Shown: piece after piece, positions 1 through 12,800 of the stretch
Layout of the letters: every line of letters begins with the position of its first letter
Numbering within the stretch: position 1 is the first letter of the stretch
Assembly (NCBI GenBank): GCA_030390025.1
Contig: CM059425.1
Span: forward strand, 28,024,001 to 28,088,000
DNA: 64,000 bases
Reading direction: 5' to 3'
From: Squalus acanthias
Lineage: Eukaryota
Program-made: the position numbers and the translations under genes
Notes under the pieces: model-generated
Told to the model about the DNA's origin: nothing
The model's database searches: none
What the model saw: only the letters and a program-made list of their open reading frames with translations

Positions 1-1069
1 TAATAACCTTGATGAGTTTACAATGATTTAATTTAATTTATGAAGTCACTGGCTGAAAGGCTTCTTCTCATTTGACCCTTCCTTCTGATTTTGGCAATGT
101 TCCAATTTATTTCTTATGCAATTTTACTTCTGCGATAAATTTCCCAGATTTATATTTTAGCAGTTGGTTTCCTAATTCTGTCATGCAGCACAACCATTTT
201 CCGTATCTCGGTTTTGATGGCCTGACTAATGGTTTTCAGAAAAGATCAGTGAGCTGACAGCAAAAGCTCTGTGCAGTCTCTTAAAGACGTGGAGAGGGCA
301 TACGTGTGCTGTATGCCAGAAGAGTTCAGCATGTGCCATGCATGCACTTATTTTACATTTAAGAAATTACCTTCACATTTTGAAGAGTCAGGTCACAAGT
401 GACTTCATGCCGCTACCTTAACCTGATATTAGTAATACATTTTAGGCAGCAATCTGGTGTATGGATGTTGTGGTTAGAAATTGGTTCTTATCAATCTGTT
501 TGAGCCTACAACATTTTAAAATAAAATCTATTATTTGATCTGGCATTTTTGAATGCGGATTATACATATAAAGAGCCTGAGGCTAGGAATAAGATATGTA
601 ATATTTAAGATATGTGTAACACATTTCTAAAATAAGCTTATAATAATTAAGTTTAAAATTTAATGTACAGTAAGGCATCATTCTGAAGAATTCTTCATTG
701 TACATCAATCTTTATTGGAGGCTCTTTGGTATGTTAAAGAAAGAAGCTTTACCATCTGTACTAGTTAAGAATCAAATGAATAATTAAAATTTCACTATAA
801 CCGTAGACTCCTGCACAAGTATGTATGCTTTTCACACGTTGCAACAATCTTATACTCAGCAGTATTTCTGATTTCAGTTGTCAGCAGGTTTAAAATTTGG
901 CAATTATGTCCCAGGAGCACCTGCGCAACTAAAAGGCCTCAAGCCGATCAAATATTGTTCACTTTGAGTCTCTCATCTTCATCATATGAAGATTAATATT
1001 TTCAAATGTCTAAACTTTGCACTAAAAAAATGACAGAGACAAATGGGAGAGAGAAAAGGATAATTTATT

Positions 1070-1935
1070 TTTATTCGTTCCTCGGATGTGGGGGTCGCTG
1101 GCAAGGCCAGCATTTATTGCCCATCCCTAATTGCCCTTGAGAAGGGGGTGGTGAGCCGTCGCCTTAAACCGCTGCAGTCCGTGTGGTGAGGGTACTCCTG
1201 TAGTGCTGTTAGGGAGGGAGTTCCAGGATTTTGACCCAGTGATGATGAAGGATCGGCGATATACTTCTAAGTCAGGATGGTGTGTGACTTGGAGGGGAAC
1301 TTGGAGGTGGTGGTGTTCCCATGCTCTGCTGCCCTTGTCCTTCTAGGTGGTAGAGGTTGCGGGTTTGGGAGGTGTTGCTGAAGAAGCCTTGGCGAGTTGC
1401 TGCAGTGCATCTTGTAGATGGTACACACTGCAGCCACGGTGTGAGGGTGGTGGAAGGAGTGAATGTTTAAGGTGGTGGATGGGGTGCCAATCAAGCGGGT
1501 TGCTTTGTCCTGGACGGTGTTGAGCTTCTTGAGTGTTGTTGGAGCTGCACTCATCCAGGCAAGTGGAGAGTATCCATCACACTCCTGACTTGTGCCTTGT
1601 AGATGGTGGAAAGGCTTTGTGGAGACTGGAGGTGAGACACTTGCTGCAGAATATCTAGCCTCTGACCTGCTCTTGTTGCCACAGTATTTATGTGGCTGGT
1701 CCAGTTAAGTTTCTGATCAATGGTGACCCCCCAGGATATTGATGGTGTGGGATTCGGCGATGGTAATGCCATTGAATGTCAAGGAGCAGTGGTTAGACTC
1801 TCGCTTGTTGGAGATAGTCATTGCCTGGCACTTTTGTGGTGCGAATGTTACTTGCCACTTATCAGCCCAAGCCTGAATGTCATCCAGGTCTTGCTGCATG
1901 CAGGCATGGACTGCTTAATTTTCTGAGGAGTTGTG
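1070..1935 (-). mobile_element. Non-LTR retrotransposon (CR1-group, second family), 5'-truncated 3' fragment
   Basis: Frameshifted RT C-terminus (QQDLDDIQAWADKWQVTFAPQKC; GVTIDQKLNW; LSTIYKAQVRS). Its 3' UTR recurs at 8426-8577 and 59130-59468. Confidence 0.8.
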
Positions 1936-1937
1936 AA

Positions 1938-2234
1938 GAGTCCAAAAATCTATCTATCTCAGCCTTGAATATACTCGATGACTGAGCATCCACAGCCCTT
2001 TGGGGCAGAGAATTCCTAAGATTCACAACCGTATGAGTGAAGAAATTCCTCTTCAATTCAGTCTTAAATGGCCTACCCCTTATCCTGAGGCTATGCCCCC
2101 TAGTTCTAGACTCTCCAGCCAGGGGAAACAACCTCTCAGCATCTACCCTGTCAATCCCCTCAGAATCTTGTATGTTTCAATGAGATCACCTCTCATTCTT
2201 CTAAACTCCAGAGAGTATAGGCCCATTCTACTCA
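1938..2234 (-). mobile_element. CR1 LINE ORF2 C-terminal fragment
   Basis: MGLYSLEFRRMRGDLIETYKIL...RTRGHSLRIRGRPF; near-identical to part of 52814-53571. Confidence 0.9.
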
Positions 2235-2688
2235 ATGAAATCATTAACCCATTTAAAATAATTAAACAGGTTAACGACTTTATTAAAAGAATTCCATGCA
2301 AACATGTTAGCCATTGCATAAACAATATTACACAGTGAAACTGCAACCAAAATCAAAAGAAAAAGTCCGGGGGGGGAAAAAAAGCCTTTGCAAAAAAAAA
2401 TCTAACTAATGATTTCTTCATAGTTGGACTGTACAACAATGTCGTTCAAATTGTGGTAAAATGGCAGTAATAATAAAGTCTGCAGAGCCTGGCAGTAACC
2501 GATCTGTGGCCATCTTGGGAAATTGTATATTCATTGCTGTCAAATGTTGTGAGTTGGGAGAGATGTGATGCTCTTGTTATTTTTTTTCCCAACACTATGC
2601 ACCAGACTGATTGGAACACTGCTTATCACGAGTGTGAATTCACAGTGTGCAAAAAATACTCCAATATGTTTTATCTTTTTTGTTATAG

Positions 2689-2818
2689 TTGTAAAACCAA
2701 CAGATTATCCCCCGTTAAAACCCTGGTGGACGGACATGGTCATTTTAATTGCGGTGGGTTGTGCAACGCTTGCTTTCCTGGTGGTAGCTGTAATTATCTG
2801 CTACAAAGCAATAAAAAG
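2689..2818 (+). CDS. PRIMA1: PRIMA1 (proline-rich membrane anchor 1), penultimate coding exon with the transmembrane segment
   Basis: Polypyrimidine tract with AG at 2687-2688 and donor AG|GTAAG at 2819. Encodes VKPTDYPPLKPWWTDMVILIAVGCATLAFLVVAVIICYKAIK(R), matching the recalled PRiMA motif WW..LVIIIAV.CA.L.FL.V.VIICYKAIKR. Confidence 0.93.
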
Positions 2819-4408
2819 GTAAGCCTAGATTTTTCACATTCTATGGACCAATTTGACTTATGTAAGTGTTCTGTTGGTTTATTTTGTGACTTTGTCTTCC
2901 TTGTTGTTTCACCAGGTAACTTGCATAAAAACCAAACCACAACGTAGCCTTTATAAACGATAATAACTTATAGTTAGACCTGATATATCTGCACTGTGGA
3001 TTTTACAGTTACCATAATATAGTCATGTCTGCTTATTATGCAGTTTTAAGGAGAAAATGTAGAATAGGGATTTTGTGGGTAACATTTTTAAAAAGTTCTA
3101 ACTTCACAGTTCATAAACCGGAAGAGCAAAACCTGAACAGTTCATGATCACTACTTGAACCGTGACATTGAACAACTGCTGCCTTTAACTCCATCGCAGT
3201 GCTTTTAATTTTATATAGTATATATCGTATGTGTTAATCAGTTATTCAATGGGGATACTTTTGCTGGTGGGAGATTATTGCAGTGCCCTGATGGTTATAT
3301 ATCTTTTTGGTTAGAAATGGAGTGGATTTTTACAAGAATGAGCCTCACTGTAACCAATAACTTGATGAAAGTATTTCAAATTTGTGAGATATTTTCAGTA
3401 TCTTGTTGGTGGTGGATTATTGTCATGTGGTGACTGTGTGGGTAGTTTTGTATAACTTACGTATAAGGCATCATTTCACGAGGCTGTGCTCCCAGCACTA
3501 TCTGTGAGCACAGGTTGGAGAATCCGAGCTACAGTGTTAAAGCCCTGTCACTGACCTATGTTCAAGTCCAGCGGCAATGAAGCTTTGCAAAATGGTCCTT
3601 TTAAAGTTATAACAGCTACTGATTTTTCACAAGAAGAATGGCAGCATCATGTGATAGGTACTGCAGAATAACTGCACCGTGAGATACTACATGTAACTCC
3701 TGAAATTACTCTCCCCGCTATTTTATTCGGGCATTAACCCATTTACAATAAATGGATTAGTACCTCCACTTAAATAGAGGAGAGAAGAATTAGACGCCAT
3801 TAATCACTTGCACATTTGTACCTCACTGCATAATTTTGAGGATTAAATGCTTTTTTGAAGATTGCTGGAGTATGTGGTGTAGAAGAATAGCGCAAGATAC
3901 ATATTAAGGAGGAATAATACGGAAATGGGTTGAAATCGCTCCGTACAATATTAGCAACTTATGTGTTAACGCATTTGTCTGAAAGTCCTTGTCCTCGTTT
4001 AATGAAGGCAGTAACCCATTTATTTTAATTAAGCTCGCATTTCTGTTAAAATAACAGACTGAAGAATCTCGTGCAAATGCATTGACACATAGCCTACTAA
4101 TATCACACAGTGTAGTAACACAGTAGATATTATACCCAGTAAGTCCATAAACAATATATGTATCATAAACATGTTATGCTATATTATATGTAATTCATTT
4201 TTTGAGGTAACAAATTTTTTGAATGTAGCCATGAAAATCATTTGTCTGCTTAGTTACTAGTACAAAAAATCTGAAGTAAGTCTTAGTATATTTGACATTA
4301 CTACACCAAGTATCAAATGGTCCTATTTTATGTAATCTTCAGTTCATTAACACCCCCCGCCCCATTATACACTTCCTCATTTATGTAATGTGGGCTAAGA
4401 AAGATTAT

Positions 4409-5600
4409 GACCTAGAAATTCGCTGACACCACACCTGGTTTACAAGTGTAAAACGGGCGCCTAAACGTCCAATATGATGGGCGGGAATTGCGCCGCCTGC
4501 CATATTGGTAAAGGCTGAAGTATAGGCATTCCGGGCCCACACCTGAAACCGTGTTAGGCCCTTTGCATATGCAAATAGGGGACATAACGCCTGTTTCAGG
4601 ACCCCTTCTTGATGTTAGTTTGCCCTGAAGTCAGCCAGCACTGGGCCGGTTGCGTTCAGGAAAACCAAGTCTACATGCAGCCTAACCAGCAGTCCTTAAG
4701 CAGTCAATATAAACTAAATGATACAATTTTAAAGGGGGTGCAGTAACAGAGACCTGGGGGTGTATATACACAAACCGTTGAAGGTGGCAGGACAAGTTGA
4801 GAAGGCTGTTAAAAAAGCATATGGAATCCTTGGCTTTATTAATAGAGACATAGAGTACAAAAGCAAGGAAGTTACGCTAAACTTTTATAAAACCCTGGTT
4901 AGGCCTCAGCTGGAGTATTGTGTTCAATTCTGGGCACCACACTTTAGGAAGGATGTCAAGACCTTAGAGAGGGTGCAGAAGAGATTTACTAGAATGGTAC
5001 CAGGGATGAGGGACTTCAGTTATGTGGAGAGACTGGAGAAGTTGGGGTTATTTTCCTTCAGAGCAAAGAAGGTTAAGGGGAGATAAAGGTGTTCAAAATC
5101 ATGAACGGTTTTGATAGAGTAAATAAGGAGAAACTGTTTCCAGTGGCAGACGGGTCAGTTACCAGAGGACACAGATTTAAGGTGACTAGTAAAAGAACCA
5201 GAGATGACATGAGGAAACATTTCTTTTACACAGCAGGTTGTTGTGATCTGGAATGAACTGCCTGAAAGGGTGGTGGAAGCAGATTCAATAGTAAATTTCT
5301 AAAGGGAATTGGATAAATACTTGAAGGAAAAAAATTTACAGGACTATGGGAAAAGAGCAGGAGAGTGGGACTAATTGGATAGCTCCACCAAAGAGCCGGC
5401 ACAGGCATCATGGGCCGAATGGCCTCCTGTGCTGTATCATTTTATGATTCTATGACTATTGAAGGCCGCCACCAAAACGGTAAGATCTTAACAAAAAATA
5501 TTTGCCTGAATGAGGAGCCGGGAGGAACACTCCTGCTCCTCCTTGCTCCACAGCAATCCTAAAGACCGTTGCTGACCCCGGCTTGGCTGCCTCCCAGTTG
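4409..5600. mobile_element. Harbinger-derived non-autonomous element interrupted by a CR1
   Basis: Starts GACCTAGAAATTCG, like the termini at 55985 and 60681. Subterminal sequence (aaaacgggcgcctaaacgtccaat) is shared with the element at 55985. Right end unclear. Confidence 0.5.
4703..5457 (+). mobile_element. CR1 LINE 3' fragment
   Basis: LVRPQLEYCVQFWAPHFRKD...; 3' UTR ends in a tatgattctatga tail. Confidence 0.92.
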
Positions 5601-5969
5601 TGGAGATAGCTCACTTGTATCTGTCATTAGATAAATATATGCTTTCTTTTCACCAATCTGTACAAACACAATGAAACTCTGTGGCAGGGGCAGGTAAAAG
5701 ATTTGAGAACATGAAGGGAAAAGAAAATGGAGATACTAAGGATCGATATGTAGATGTGACTATGTTGCACTATTTCTCCATTGTAAGTCTCACAAAATTG
5801 CTAAAAAGGAGGGAATCTAATCCATGTTTCAAAATGTACAGTTTTGATTGGCAAAACAATGATGTGCATTTATTAAGACAGACCAAGTTAAGGATACCGT
5901 CTAGAGCTGTTCTATCACATGGTGGAGTGTCAACCATTACCCCATTCAGCATCTTAACTGCAGTAGAAG

Positions 5970-7383
5970 CATAGAATGGTTACAGCACGGAAGAAGGCCA
6001 TTCGTCCTGTCGAGCCCGTGCCAGCTCTCTGCAAGATCACTTCAGCTCATCCCACTCCCCCGCCCTTTCCCCGTAGCCCTGCAAATATCTTTCCTTCAGA
6101 TACTTATCCAACTCCCTTTTGAAAGCCGTGATTGAATCTGCCTCCACCACCCTTTCAGGCAGCGCATTCCAGATCTTAACCACTCGCTGCGTAAAAAAGT
6201 TTTTTCTTACGACTCCTTTGGTTCTTTTGCCAATCACCTTAAATCTGTGTCCTCTGGTTCTCGACCCTTCTGCCAAAGGGAACAGTCTCCCTCTATCTAC
6301 TCTGTCCAGACCCCTCATGATTTTGAATGCCGCTATCAAATCTCCTCTCAATCTTCACTGCTCCAAGGAGAACAACCCCAGCTTTTCCAGTCTATCCACG
6401 TAAATGAAGTCCCTCATTCCTGGAATCATTCTCATAAATCTTTTCTGCACCCTCTCTAAGGCCTTCACATCCTTCCTAAAGTGCGGTGCCCAGAATTGGA
6501 CACAGTACTGCAGTTGAGGCCGAACCAGTGTTTTATACAGGTTCATTATAATTTCCATACTTTTGTACTCAATACTTCTGTTTATGAAGCCCAGGATCCC
6601 GTAAGCCTTTTTAACTGCTTTCTCAACCTGCCCTGCCACCTTCAATGATTTGTGCACACATACCCCCAGGTCTCTCTGTTCGTGCACCCACTTCAGGATT
6701 GTACCATTTAGTTTATATATCCTCTCCTCATTCTTTCTACCAAAATGTATCACTTCCCACTATTCTGCGTTAAATTTCATCTGCCACATGTCCGCCCATT
6801 TCACCAGCTTGTTTATGTCTTCCTGAGGTCTATCACTCTCCTCCTCACTGTTCACTATACTTCCAAGTTTTGTGTCATCTGAAATTTTTTAAATTGTGTC
6901 CTGTACACCCACGTCCAAGTCATTAATATATATCAAGAAAAGCAGTGGTCCTAGAACCGAACCCTGGGGAACACCACTGTATACCTTCCTCCAATCTGAA
7001 AAACAACTGTTCACCACTACTCTGCTTCCCATCACTTAGCCAATTTCGGATCCATGCTGCCACTGTCCCTTTTATTTCATGGGCTTCAACTTTGCTGGCA
7101 AGCCTATTATGTGGCACTTTGTCGAACGCCTTTTGGAAATCCATGTACTCTACGTCAACTGCATTACCCTCATCAACCCTCTCTGTTACCTCATCAAATA
7201 ACTCAATCAAGTTAGTTAAACACGATTTGCTTTTAACAAATCTGTGCTGGCTTTCCTTACTTAATCCACACTTGTCCGTTAATTTTGTCCCTGATTACTG
7301 TTTCTAAAAGCTTCCCCACTACTGAGGTCAAACTGACTGGCCTGTCGTTGCAGGGTTTATCTTTACACCCTTTTTTGAACAAA
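5970..7383 (-). mobile_element. CR1 LINE, 5'-truncated
   Basis: RT motifs YMDFQKAFDKVPH, LVRPQLQYCVQFW and RTRGHRFKV; multiple frameshifts. Confidence 0.93.
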
Positions 7384-7482
7384 AGTGAGAAGTCGCACAA
7401 CACCAGGTTATAGTCCAACAGCTTTATTTAAAATCACAAGCTTTCGGAGCGCTGCTCCTTCGTCAGGTGAAGTGAAGAATAC
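7384..7482 (-). mobile_element. Short Penelope-type terminal-repeat fragment
   Basis: Near-identical to parts of 38594-38757 and 57561-57663; contains a hammerhead motif. Confidence 0.75.
7434..7470 (-). ncRNA. Minimal type I hammerhead ribozyme motif
   Basis: Minus strand reads ucac-CUGACGA-a-GGAGC-agc-GCUCC-GAA-AGCU-U-guga: conserved core, 5-bp stem II, palindromic stem III, 4-bp stem I. Confidence 0.75.
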
Positions 7483-8425
7483 CCGCCTACTATTTAACCA
7501 GGATAAAAACTGAATGTCTGAAATCGTAGCAGAAACCAAGATGAATTAGTAATAATGGATTCCACTGTGCTCCACCAGGGAATGGAGAATAGAAGACTGA
7601 TTGAAGGACTCGAGTTTCTGATCTGTAGCTCATTGGCATGGTACAAGTGGTTATTGATCACTGGTTAATTTACATTAGATCTGCACTTCTGTCAACTTCA
7701 TAGCCAGTTATTTTGACATCAAATGTGAGATTGAGATGATCAGTTTGTGCGTTTGTCATTTTCCCATTGGCATTAATGTCACTTCTGTCAGTCATTTTTC
7801 TCAGGGGTAAAATGCAGTGGACGTGCTTATCACAGCATAGTTATCTACCTAGGGAATATATAGCATTGCGCCTGGACTGGGTCATTTTATGCCCTTCCCA
7901 TTTAATTAAAGTCATTTTGGTCTGTTAATGGTATAACAATCGATGCTGGTAACCTTGTCAGTAAGTTGATAGACTGTTAAACTTGTTTCTCTGTATGCTT
8001 GTGCAGGATGCTGCTCCAAATGTAGTCCCTCTTGCTCAGCTTTGATGAAGTATGTTTTGCCTCAGGCTACATTAAGTCTCATTGCTACAAGATGTAAGTT
8101 GTCTACCATAACTCTGGTACAGCCAGTCGCCTGCTTATTCCTGACAGATACTCCGCCTTAGAGCTTAGTGGTAGCAAATGGAAGTGTTCTGTTCACAGTT
8201 TGAAGCGAATACTCAAATCTCTTTGGTTGTCACTCATGCAGAGCAGTAAAGATTACAATGAGCTTGGTCCTTCTGAGGTATATCTTTATTGACGGGTGTA
8301 ACAATCTCACCACTGCATCTCAGCAAGCTGTGGTCGAGTATTTAACAAATCTTTACCCTCTGCCACAGTGGGATTCTGGCCGTGACAGCTGTCGAGTCCT
8401 GCTCAGATTACAGATTTTTTTAAAT

Positions 8426-8577
8426 ATTCATTCATGGGATGTGGGTATCACTGGCAAGGCCAGCATTTATTGCCTATCTTTAATTTTTTTTAATTCGTTT
8501 TTTAAGGGATGTGGGCGTCGCTGGCAGGCCAGCATTTATTGCCCATCCCTAATTGCCCTTGAGAAGGTGGTGGTGGA
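8426..8577 (-). mobile_element. Two adjacent short 3'-tail fragments of the LINE family at 1070-1935
   Basis: gggatgtggg...ctggcaaggccagcatttattgcc occurs twice. Confidence 0.75.
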
Positions 8578-8589
8578 ATAAAAAAAATA

Positions 8590-8890
8590 AGATCCAAGCC
8601 CATGGGATAGATGGATTGGCAAATAGTTGGTTGGTATACAACAAGTAGTAATGCAGGTGTTCAGTTAGTAGCCAGTTACCAGTGGAGTAGGACAAAGTTC
8701 AGTGTTGAGGCCGCTGTTTATAATTTTTATAAAAGATTTAGAAGAAGGAATTGTGTCCAAAGTGTCCAAATTTGCAGAGGATAGCAAATTGGGAGCTGAA
8801 AAATGCTGAATATCAAAACGCATAAATTGACGAGCTTGATCAGTGAGTGGGAAATGTAGGGTTATAAGATTTGGCAGAGAGAAGGTTGAT
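8590..8890 (+). mobile_element. Old degraded CR1 RT fragment
   Basis: Decayed [36 protein letters not shown]. Confidence 0.7.
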
Positions 8891-9868
8891 GTTTCCATGG
8901 TCAAATAGTCTGCTGATCCTCAGTGTCTGGATTCAAAGTAAAGAATGACCATTTTGGTGAAGTAACACCTTTAGGAGAAGAGGTGAAGAAAATTAGTATA
9001 GGTGGAAAGGTTCCATTTTACATACTGAAACTACAGCAGTAAAAGGGAACACCCTCCACTGGTCACTATGAATCCAGGACATGATGAGCATAGCAGAAGG
9101 ATTTCCTATGTATGCCATTTTGAGACAAAACCGTAAAAGAGTTCAAGAAAGTGTTTACAACTTCGCTGGATATGCTTAGAATGTCACTAACCCACAGCAA
9201 CCAGAGGAAATCTTTCCCCGCAATGATTAAAGCTGTGGCACTGAGTCTGTAACCAAAGCAGCCGTTAACAGGACTAATGTGTAGTGGCAAGGTTAGCTGC
9301 ACCCCGCACTCAGTAAAATGGCTATAAATACTTGAAAAGTAATTTTGTGTATTTACGAGCGTGAACTGTAAGAAACTGCAGCCATCCCCTTTGGAATATA
9401 TAATTATGCCAGAAAGGTAGTTTATAGCTGCTGCAAATCTCCACCAGCAGGGATTTAGTAGTAAAGTGAATCCATTAGTCTAATAGCACAACAGAAACAA
9501 TTACACGTTGAGAATTAATTAGCTGAGGTGCTATCCATGCTTGTTGCTACAGTGTGAAAATTGCCATGTTAGACTGCATAGTCAAAAGAGCATGTATTTG
9601 ATCGTATGGTAAACAACATAGTCATGATTACTCAGGATTGATGCCAGTGGCAATCGGTTCTAAATTTTTGTATGTTAGGTGGCGTATCAATAGGCTGAGG
9701 CCAGAGGCAACTATAACAATGACCAATGTCTCTTAAAATTGCCCCTGATGTTGCTGACTTCACAAAAGACTTGCAGAAATTAGCGCAAGATTGCCGATGG
9801 CCAAGGGAAAAGTTAAGCATCTTTATGATCTGCTTTTATACTGCACCAGTCCAGCTCAGAGCGGCATT

Positions 9869-12800
9869 AGAACATAAGAACATGAGAGCATAAGAAATAG
9901 AGCAGGAGTAGGCCATTTGGCCCTTCGAGCCTGCCCCGCCATTCAATAAGATCATGGCTGATCTTCTACCTCATCTCCACTTTCCTGCACTATCCCCATA
10001 TCCCTTGATTCCCTTAATATTCAAAAATCCATCCATCTCTGTCTTGAATATAATCAACGACTGAGCCTCCACAGCCCTCTGGGGTAGAGAATTCCAAAGA
10101 TTCACCACCCTCTGAGTAAATAAATTTCTCCTCATCTCAGCCCTAAATGGCCGACCCCTTATTCTGAGACTGTGACCCCTGGTTCTAGACTCCCCAGCCA
10201 GGGGAAGCATCCTCCCTGCATCTACCCTGTCAAGCCCTGTAAGAATTTTGTATGTTTCAGTGAGATCACCTCTCATTCTTCTAAACTCTAGAGAATATAG
10301 GCCTAGTCTACGCCATCTCTCCTCATAGGACAATCCCCCCATCCCAGGAATCAGTCTGGTGAACTTTTGTTGCACTCCCTCTATGGCAAGTATATCCTTC
10401 CTTAGGTAAGGAGACCAAAACTGTACACAATACTCCAGGTGTGGTCTCACCAGGGCCCTATATAATTGCAGTAAGACGTCTTTACTCTTATACTCAAATC
10501 CTCTTGTAATAAAGGCCAACATACCATTTGCTTTCCTAATTGCTTGCTGTACCTGCATGTTAACTTTCAGTGATTCGTGTACAAGGACACCCAGGTCCCT
10601 CAACACCAACATTTCCCAATCTCTCACCATTTAAAAAATACTCTGCTTTTCTATTTTTCCTACTAAAGTGGATAACTTCACATTTCTCCACATTATATTC
10701 CATTTGCCATGTTCATGCCCACTCATTTAGCCTGTTTATATCCACTTGAAGCCTCCTTGCATCCTCCTCACAACTTACATTCCCACCCAGCTTTGTATCA
10801 TCAGCAAACCTGGATATATTACATTTGGTCCCCTCATCCAAATCTTTGATGTAGATTGTGAATAGCTGAGGCCCAAGCACTGATCCTTGCGGTATCCCAC
10901 TAGTTCCAGCCTTCCAACCCGAAAATGACCCGTTTATTCCTACTCTCTGTTTTCTGTCCGTTAACCAATCCTCAATCCATGCCAGTATATTACCCCCAAT
11001 CCCATGAGCCCTAATTTTGTTTAATAACCTCTTGTGTGGCACCTTATCGACTGCCTTCTGAAAATCCAAATACACCACATCCACTGGTTCCCCCTTATCT
11101 ATTCTGCTAGTTATATCCTCAAAAAACTCTAACAGATTTGTCAAACACGATTTCCCTTTCATAAATCCGTGTTGACTCTGCCCAATCCTATTATTATTTT
11201 CTAAGTGCCCTGTTACCACGTCCTTAATAATAGACTCTAGCATTTTCCCTACTACTGATGTCAGGCTAACTGGTCTGTAGTTCCCCGTTTTCTCTCTCCC
11301 TCCTTTCTTAAATAGTGGGGTTACATTTGCGACCTTCCAATCTGCAGGAACCATTCCAGAATCTATGGAATTTTGGAAAAATACAACCAATGCATCCACT
11401 ATCTCTATAGCCACCTCTTTCAATATCCTAGGATGTAGGCCATCAGGTCCAGGGGATTTATCAGCTTTAAGTCCCATTAATTTCTCCAGTACTATTTTTT
11501 TACTAATACTAATTTCTTTCAGTTCCTCATTCTCGCTAGAGCCTTGGTTTTCCACTATTTCCGGGAAGTTTTTTGCGTCTTCTTCCGTGAAGACAGATAC
11601 TTAGGCCGCGATTTTGCAAATGGATGCGGCTTGGGAGCGGGTCAGCTGGTTTCCGGGTTCCAGTCCCGCCCCCAACTGCATCCGGCTAACAGACGTGATT
11701 TTACATTGATTGGCTTTGTTAAGCTCGCCCTGCAGGCTTGCCGGCCAATTAAGAGGAAGCCGGCCAGATGGCGTCATTTGATGGCGCGTCATCTGCCGGT
11801 TTTCTTAAAGGGACCACGCACATTTTTTCTTTGACAGCTCATTTCTCGGTGTTTGACAGCATTGAGGTGCTGCAAACACTGACAATCACTGTACAAAGGT
11901 GAGCTCTTGCACTCAGGCTCTCCAATGACTCCCTCCATAGGCTAGAACAGATGGCAGCTGCAGGTAAGGTTACAGAAGCGATCTGTCACTGGTGAGAGAG
12001 GTTCTCCCAATGAGGTGGGACTAGACAGCCAATTCAAAACTTGTTACCTACAGAAAAGTCTAAATGCATTAAAAATGATTTCCCCAACATTTTCTTACCT
12101 CTGAAACTCACCAGTGCACCATTGGATCCTTCACACCACTTCGGCAGCTGTCATCAATGCAGAAACATTACAGCAGACTCACAACACGCCACACCTACCT
12201 GGCGTGGTGTCCGGACGTTGGGGAATCTGAGGCAAAATTGAAAAAGAGCCTGTTAACAAGTATCAAGTTCCTGTTAACAGGCAGGTAAGTGGCTGTAATC
12301 CTCTTCCTGCCGCTAGGTGTCGGGTCCATGCGCAAATCGGGGACCCGACACTTGGGAAGATTGATTGGAGGCGGGTTGACAGTGGGTTTCCTACCCGCTG
12401 TCAATCTTTGCGATTTTGACAGCGGTCCCGCCTCCAATCCCGCACTCTGAGGACTGGCAAAATTCCGGCCAAAGTATTTGTTTAATTTCTCTGCCATTTC
12501 CTTATTCCCCATTATAATTTCTCCTATCTCAGCCTCTAATGGGCCCACATTTACTTTCACTAATCTTTTCCTTTTTACATACCTATAAAAGCTTTTACAG
12601 TCTGTTTTTATGTCTCTCGCAGTTTACTCTCATATTCTATTTTCCCTTTCTTTATCAATTTCATGGTCCTCCTTTGCTGAATTCTAAAATCCTCCCAATC
12701 CTCAGGCTTACTACTCTTTTTGGCAACATTATAAGCCTCTTCCTTTGATCTAATACTATCTTTAACTTCTCTTTTTAGCCACGGTTGGACCACTTTTCCT

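Noticed and set aside
2880-2921. Alternative PRIMA1 exon (PRiMA II-like) around accag|gtaac
   Set aside because: Splice-like motifs alone are not enough without transcript evidence.
2534-2947. 137-aa Cys-rich ORF
   Set aside because: Alternative frame over the PRIMA1 exon and flanking intron; no independent support.
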